From positions 548,006-612,005 of the forward strand of contig JAKLDJ010000001.1 in assembly GCA_022703585.1 (NCBI GenBank): a stretch of DNA of 64,000 nucleotides, read 5' to 3'. Below, piece by piece: positions 59,400-64,000 of this stretch; the first letter of the stretch is position 1; each line of letters starts with the position of its first letter. Below the pieces are notes generated by a model. It worked only from the letters and a program-made list of their open reading frames with translations. It ran no database searches and was not told the origin of the DNA. The stretch comes from Candidatus Omnitrophota bacterium. GTDB taxonomy: Bacteria; Omnitrophota; Gorgyraeia; Zapsychrales; JAKLDJ01. A program made the translations under genes and the position numbers.

Positions 59400-62234
59400 A
59401 TGTATAACAAAGATTTATTAAGATTCTTCATTTTAAATATTTTCCTATGCGCGTCATTGTGCTGTGCCAAGGCGGAAAATGCTTTTTGCTTTGAGCCGCC
59501 CCGCTATGAGATCCAAGCTACCATTGATTCAACTCAAAAAACAATTCAGGCTACGGAGACGGTCACCTTTACCAATAACAGCAAGGCTCCTACCGACGAG
59601 ATTATTTTCCATATCTATCCTAACCGCAAGTTTACGGATAGGGAAAAGGCTTTTATGGCGCGGTTTTCCGGTTATTTTAAGGTTAACTTTTTCCCCGAAG
59701 GTTTTCAGTCCGGGAGCATGCGGATTGATTCTGTTTCTCGGGTAGGAGGCAAGGTTACTTTTGCCGTTGAGGGCGATGACCAGACGTTGCTGAGGATCCC
59801 TCTTAACCAGAAGCTTAATCCCGGAGAAAGCATTCAATTGACCATTGATTTTAATGTCGAAATTCCGCATTCCTACGGTCGGTTTGGCTGGAACGAACAT
59901 ATCATCGCTCTCTCACGCTGGTATCCGGTATTGTCTGTCTTAACCGATGACGGATGGAATAAAAACCCGTTTTATCCCTATCACCGTCCTTTTTTCAGTG
60001 ATGCGTCGCAATATAACGTTTCGCTGACTGTCGGTAGCGACACAATCGTTATCCACTCGGGTGATCTGCAATCCGAAGTTTCGCAAACCCCTGGGGTTAA
60101 GACCCTTCGCATCGGAACAAAATATCCGATTAGAGAATTTTCCCTGGCCCTCAGCCCCGATTATAAAGTTATCGAAGAGAACCTCGACGGGGTGAAAATA
60201 AAATCGTTTTATCTCGCCGGCGATGAATTTCACGCTCGCGAGGCCCTCAAGAGCGCTACGGACCTTATGAAATATTATTCTTCCCGTTTCGGCCCGTATC
60301 CTTACCAGGAATTCAGCATTGCCCCGGTGTACTTAGGTTACGGCGGTGAACAGATGTCTAACCTTGTTTTTATAGACACCCGGGTGTATCAATTGCCGAA
60401 GCTGTTATTGCGGTATTTGGATTTTCTTGTTTCTCATGAAACCGGACACCAGTGGTTTTACAACCTGGTCGGTGTCGACGAATTCTCCCAGATGTGGCTG
60501 GAGGAAGGGGTTAATTCCTACTTTAACCTGCAGTATCTGGAGGCAAAATACGGCAAGGACGCGACAGTCGTGGTTTTGCCCAAGGCGTTAGAGTGGGTGT
60601 TGCCGAATTTCTCTTTTGCCCGGGCCCGGGATTACCGCTATAAGCTGATTGCCCGGACGGATTTGGACCATTCGGTTACCGGAAAGCTGTCGAGTTTCGT
60701 CGAACCGTTAAGTATATTCTCGATTACCTACGGCAAGGGTTCGGCGATTGTATCCATGCTTAATTATCTTTTAGGGGATGGCGACTTCAACAAAGTCACC
60801 ACGAGGATTTTTAAAGAATTTCGTTTCAAGAATTTTGATACGGATCAATTGGTGGAATTATGCCGGCAGGAAAGCGGCCAGGATTTGGAAGAATTCTTTC
60901 ATGAATGGCTTCAAACCACTGAAAAATTTGATTATAGCGTACGCGCCGTTAAAGGGTCTAAGGTCACTCTCCAAAATCGCGGCGATATTGCCATGCCGGC
61001 CGAGGTCGAGATCAAAACAGCCGACGGACGAACAGAGAAAATGGTTTGGGAAGGCGATCCGAAGGAAACAAAAGAAATCGAGGTCGCCGGTGTGGGCAGA
61101 ATTCGCCAGGTAAAAATTGATCCCCGGGGAAGAATCCTGGATATTGACCGGACCAACAATGCCTGGCCGCGCACGGTTCATTTTAAATTGGTGCCGCTAT
61201 ATACCGGCTTGTACGATATTCCGATATTTCTTCCTGACGACGGCTATAATGTGGTTATAGGCCCCGAATTTGCCAATTCCGGCATCGGCCTTAAGGCCTC
61301 AGTTCAAAAGCCCTATGACCAGAACGTATACGCGGCCAGTGATTATAATTTTAATGATGCCCTGGTCCAGTCGCGCCTCGGCTATCAATTGAACAACGTT
61401 TTTCACACCATGATGACCGCTGGCGTAGAATTATTCAATACCACCGATCTTGACGGCGGCGAAGAGGATTTGGCCGGCGGAAAAATTTTCTTAAGGAAGG
61501 AACTCTGGCCGGCCAGCTACGGATTGACGGAAATCAATGATCATGTGACGCTTTATCTCTTGCGAGACCGCAGTCTCAACAAAGGTTTTAGCCTGGGCGG
61601 AGCTGAAGACTCACGCAATGTTTCCTATTTGCGCAAAGATGAAGCGATCGTGGGAACGACGTTGCATATCGGAAGATACGGCCCTTACCCGGACCCAAGC
61701 CAGGGATATAAAACGGACACACTCGTTGAAAGCTCCAATCATTTTCTGGGTGCGACGCAATATTTCTACCGCGCCTCGGAAGATGTGAGCTTCTATCATC
61801 CGGTGACTCCAAAAACCAAGTTGGCTCTGCGTCTCAAATACGGATGGGGCTATCCGGATGATAAGAATCTTTATGAGCTTGGGGGAGCAGACGGCCTGAG
61901 AGGTTATGGCCGAAAGACGTTACGCGGTTCGAATGCCGCGCTGGCAAGTTTGGAATACCGTTTTCCGATTATGGAGAAATTAAATATCCGCCTCCTGGAC
62001 AATTTCCTTGGTTTTGAATCATGGGGAGGCGTTGTCTTTGTAGATGTCGGCCAGAGCTGGTTTGATAATATAGGGGACTCTAAATTAAAGAAGGATGCCG
62101 GTCTCGGCTTAACGCTTACGACCACGGCTGCCTCTTTTTTGGAAAAAGTAATTATCCGCCTGGATGTGGCCCAGGCGATCAATGAGCCAAAGACAGATCC
62201 CCATTTCTGGTTCCGGGTGGGGCAGGCCTTTTAA
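59400..62234 (+). CDS. Fusion of an M1-family zinc aminopeptidase (gluzincin) with a C-terminal Omp85/BamA-type (surface antigen D15) beta-barrel; signal peptide present
   Basis: HETGHQWFYNLVGVDEFSQMWLEEG (HExxH plus E at +18). The C-terminal ~350 aa have alternating beta-strand sequence and the Omp85 motif GGADGLRGYGRKTLRGSNAALASLEYRFPI. Confidence 0.6.
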   Translation: MYNKDLLRFFILNIFLCASLCCAKAENAFCFEPPRYEIQATIDSTQKTIQATETVTFTNNSKAPTDEIIFHIYPNRKFTDREKAFMARFSGYFKVNFFPEGFQSGSMRIDSVSRVGGKVTFAVEGDDQTLLRIPLNQKLNPGESIQLTIDFNVEIPHSYGRFGWNEHIIALSRWYPVLSVLTDDGWNKNPFYPYHRPFFSDASQYNVSLTVGSDTIVIHSGDLQSEVSQTPGVKTLRIGTKYPIREFSLALSPDYKVIEENLDGVKIKSFYLAGDEFHAREALKSATDLMKYYSSRFGPYPYQEFSIAPVYLGYGGEQMSNLVFIDTRVYQLPKLLLRYLDFLVSHETGHQWFYNLVGVDEFSQMWLEEGVNSYFNLQYLEAKYGKDATVVVLPKALEWVLPNFSFARARDYRYKLIARTDLDHSVTGKLSSFVEPLSIFSITYGKGSAIVSMLNYLLGDGDFNKVTTRIFKEFRFKNFDTDQLVELCRQESGQDLEEFFHEWLQTTEKFDYSVRAVKGSKVTLQNRGDIAMPAEVEIKTADGRTEKMVWEGDPKETKEIEVAGVGRIRQVKIDPRGRILDIDRTNNAWPRTVHFKLVPLYTGLYDIPIFLPDDGYNVVIGPEFANSGIGLKASVQKPYDQNVYAASDYNFNDALVQSRLGYQLNNVFHTMMTAGVELFNTTDLDGGEEDLAGGKIFLRKELWPASYGLTEINDHVTLYLLRDRSLNKGFSLGGAEDSRNVSYLRKDEAIVGTTLHIGRYGPYPDPSQGYKTDTLVESSNHFLGATQYFYRASEDVSFYHPVTPKTKLALRLKYGWGYPDDKNLYELGGADGLRGYGRKTLRGSNAALASLEYRFPIMEKLNIRLLDNFLGFESWGGVVFVDVGQSWFDNIGDSKLKKDAGLGLTLTTTAASFLEKVIIRLDVAQAINEPKTDPHFWFRVGQAF

Positions 62235-62276
62235 TATATTTTGATTTGTTGAAGCATTGAGATTGCGGAGGCATTC

Positions 62277-62693
62277 ATGAAGACGTTCCGTGAAGAACTT
62301 TGGTTTAATACCAAAACAAGGCGAGATTATATTAATATTACCGATACTGTTCAGGCCTTAGTCGACAAAAGCGGTATCAAGGAGGGCCTGTGCCTGGTTA
62401 ATGCGATGCATATTACTGCTAGCGTTTTTATTAATGACGATGAAAGCGGGCTTATTCAGGACTTTGATGATTGGCTGGAACGGCTCGCGCCGCATGAGCC
62501 GGTTAATTCCTATCGTCATAATGCCGGCGAGGACAATGCTGACGGGCATTTGAAAAGGCAAGTGATGGGCCGCGAGGTGGTTGTGGCGGTGACCAAGGGT
62601 AAGCTTGATTTCGGGCCCTGGGAGCAAATCTTTTACGGTGAATTTGACGGCCGGCGCAGGAAAAGAGTTTTGGTTAAGGTCATCGGCGAGTAA
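62277..62693 (+). CDS. YjbQ / UPF0047 family protein, copy 2 (~35% identical to copy 1)
   Basis: [17 protein letters not shown]...[21 protein letters not shown]...[19 protein letters not shown]. Confidence 0.75.
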   Translation: MKTFREELWFNTKTRRDYINITDTVQALVDKSGIKEGLCLVNAMHITASVFINDDESGLIQDFDDWLERLAPHEPVNSYRHNAGEDNADGHLKRQVMGREVVVAVTKGKLDFGPWEQIFYGEFDGRRRKRVLVKVIGE

Positions 62694-62799
62694 ACCCCAT
62701 TAGAAAATATTCATTTTCTAACGGGATCAATTGAATAATGGCGACAAAACTTTCTTTATTTGCTATAATTTTTTTAACAACAAAGTCAAACGATAAAGG

Positions 62800-63708
62800 A
62801 TGAAAATGAGTTTGCTTGTTTTGGGAACGGTTGCCCTGGATGACGTAAAGACGCCCTGCGGCATAAGGAATAATATGCTGGGCGGGTCGGCTTCGCATTT
62901 CTCCATGGCGGCGCGGCTATTTACCAAAGTCAATTTAGTGGCAATCGTCGGCTCGGATTTTCCTAAGAAATATTTCCGGTTTTTTGAGGACAAGGGTATC
63001 GACGTAAGTTCTCTGCATCGGGCTGAGGGCAAGACGTTTCATTGGGAAGGTGAATACAAAAAAGAAGATCTCAATAAAGCCCTGACGATTGCGACCGAGA
63101 TCGGGGTTTTGACCACCAATTTTATTCCCCGCATTACCGATGCGCAGCGGCGTATTCCTTATGTTTTCTTGGCTAATATTGATCCCGAAATACAGCTGGA
63201 ACTTCTAAGGCTTGTGCGCACCCAAAAATTAGTGGGTGTCGATAGCATGAATTTGTGGATTAATATTAAACGAAAGCCCCTGGAGAAGTTGTTAAAGAAA
63301 GTCGACCTGTTCGTGGCCAATGACGGCGAGGCGCGGTTGCTGTCGGGGGAGAATAATCTTATCCGGGCCGCGAAATATTTAAGGAATATGGGGCCTAAAT
63401 TTGTTGTGGTCAAAAAAGGAGAGCACGGCGTTTTATTTTTTAGTGACCGGTTTATGTTTTCTTTCCCTGCCTATCCGATTGAGCGGGTTGTTGATCCTAC
63501 CGGTGCGGGGGATACTTTTGCCGGGGGGCTGATGGGGTATCTGGCCAAGGCGGGCAGGATCAATGAAATGGCTTTTAAAAGGGCGGTTTTGTATGCCACG
63601 ACGATAGCCTCTTTTAACGTTCAAGGCTTTGGGGTAACCAAAACGGAAAATCTCACTATGCCGGTTGTCAACGGCCGACTCAAGGAATTGATTAAATTTA
63701 TTTCTTAA
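62800..63708 (+). CDS. PfkB-family carbohydrate/nucleoside kinase (ribokinase-like)
   Basis: DPTGAGDTFAGGLMGYLAK signature-2 motif and an N-terminal GG motif (NNMLGGSASHF). Confidence 0.8.
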   Translation: MKMSLLVLGTVALDDVKTPCGIRNNMLGGSASHFSMAARLFTKVNLVAIVGSDFPKKYFRFFEDKGIDVSSLHRAEGKTFHWEGEYKKEDLNKALTIATEIGVLTTNFIPRITDAQRRIPYVFLANIDPEIQLELLRLVRTQKLVGVDSMNLWINIKRKPLEKLLKKVDLFVANDGEARLLSGENNLIRAAKYLRNMGPKFVVVKKGEHGVLFFSDRFMFSFPAYPIERVVDPTGAGDTFAGGLMGYLAKAGRINEMAFKRAVLYATTIASFNVQGFGVTKTENLTMPVVNGRLKELIKFIS

Positions 63709-63741
63709 TATCTTAAGAATTCAACTTTAAGGATACGGTCT

Positions 63742-64000
63742 ATGGCTTCAGGGGGTTTTGAAGGAAAACTTAAATCGACGGCCGATCTTATCAGAAAAAG
63801 CCATAAGATTATTATTGCCTGCCACGCTAATCCTGACGGAGACGCGATCGGCTCTATGCTGGGATTAGGCCTCGGGCTTATCAAGATGGGGAAATCAATC
63901 ACCATGCTTTGCCAGGACCGTATCCCCAGGCGGTATGCAGAGTTGCCCTTGGTTAGCCGTATCCATCGCCAGCATAAGGGAGAGGCGGATTTGGCGATCA
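63742..64000 (+). CDS. DHH-family phosphoesterase (NrnA-like), 3'-truncated by the window edge
   Basis: HANPDGDAIGSMLGL DHH motif I; the open frame continues to the window end. Confidence 0.55.
   Translation, partial: MASGGFEGKLKSTADLIRKSHKIIIACHANPDGDAIGSMLGLGLGLIKMGKSITMLCQDRIPRRYAELPLVSRIHRQHKGEADLAI

Overview
This is a 64-kb chromosomal window from a bacterium with about 50% GC; the divergent protein sequences suggest an uncultivated lineage. Coding density is high and mostly on the + strand. The content is largely housekeeping: the 3' part of gltB plus gltD, carA-carB-purF-pyrG, rpe, glmS, rsmI, a pyrR-pyrB-pyrC operon behind a recognisable PyrR attenuator, dispersed pyrK, pyrD and pyrF, mutM, an EndoQ-like nuclease, a DD-carboxypeptidase, an aminotransferase and an Lrp regulator. 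Five tRNAs are present: Leu-GAG, Glu-CTC, Arg-CCG, Val-TAC and Asp-GTC. A minus-strand signalling cassette encodes a FIST sensor, a GAF histidine kinase, a REC-REC regulator and a REC-GGDEF protein. I saw no rRNA, CRISPR array, transposase or integrase. The less ordinary signals are these. (i) A family of modular palindromic repeats sits exactly at stop/start junctions of operon genes and in tRNA loci, together with partial tRNA copies. (ii) A Flp/Tad-like prepilin N-terminus is fused to a large Cys-rich repeat domain, behind an array of palindromic operator-like sites. (iii) An M1 zinc aminopeptidase is fused to an Omp85-type beta-barrel. (iv) A hairpin-dense ~350-nt leader or small RNA lies between a consensus promoter and carA. 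(v) A cluster encodes a tRNA-binding protein, YjbQ, YkgJ, a DUF2156 (aminoacyl-tRNA transferase-like) protein and a DnaQ-WYL exonuclease. (vi) An rpmA-like L27 paralogue lacks the conserved N-terminus. All calls rest on motifs I recognised by eye; no searches were run.
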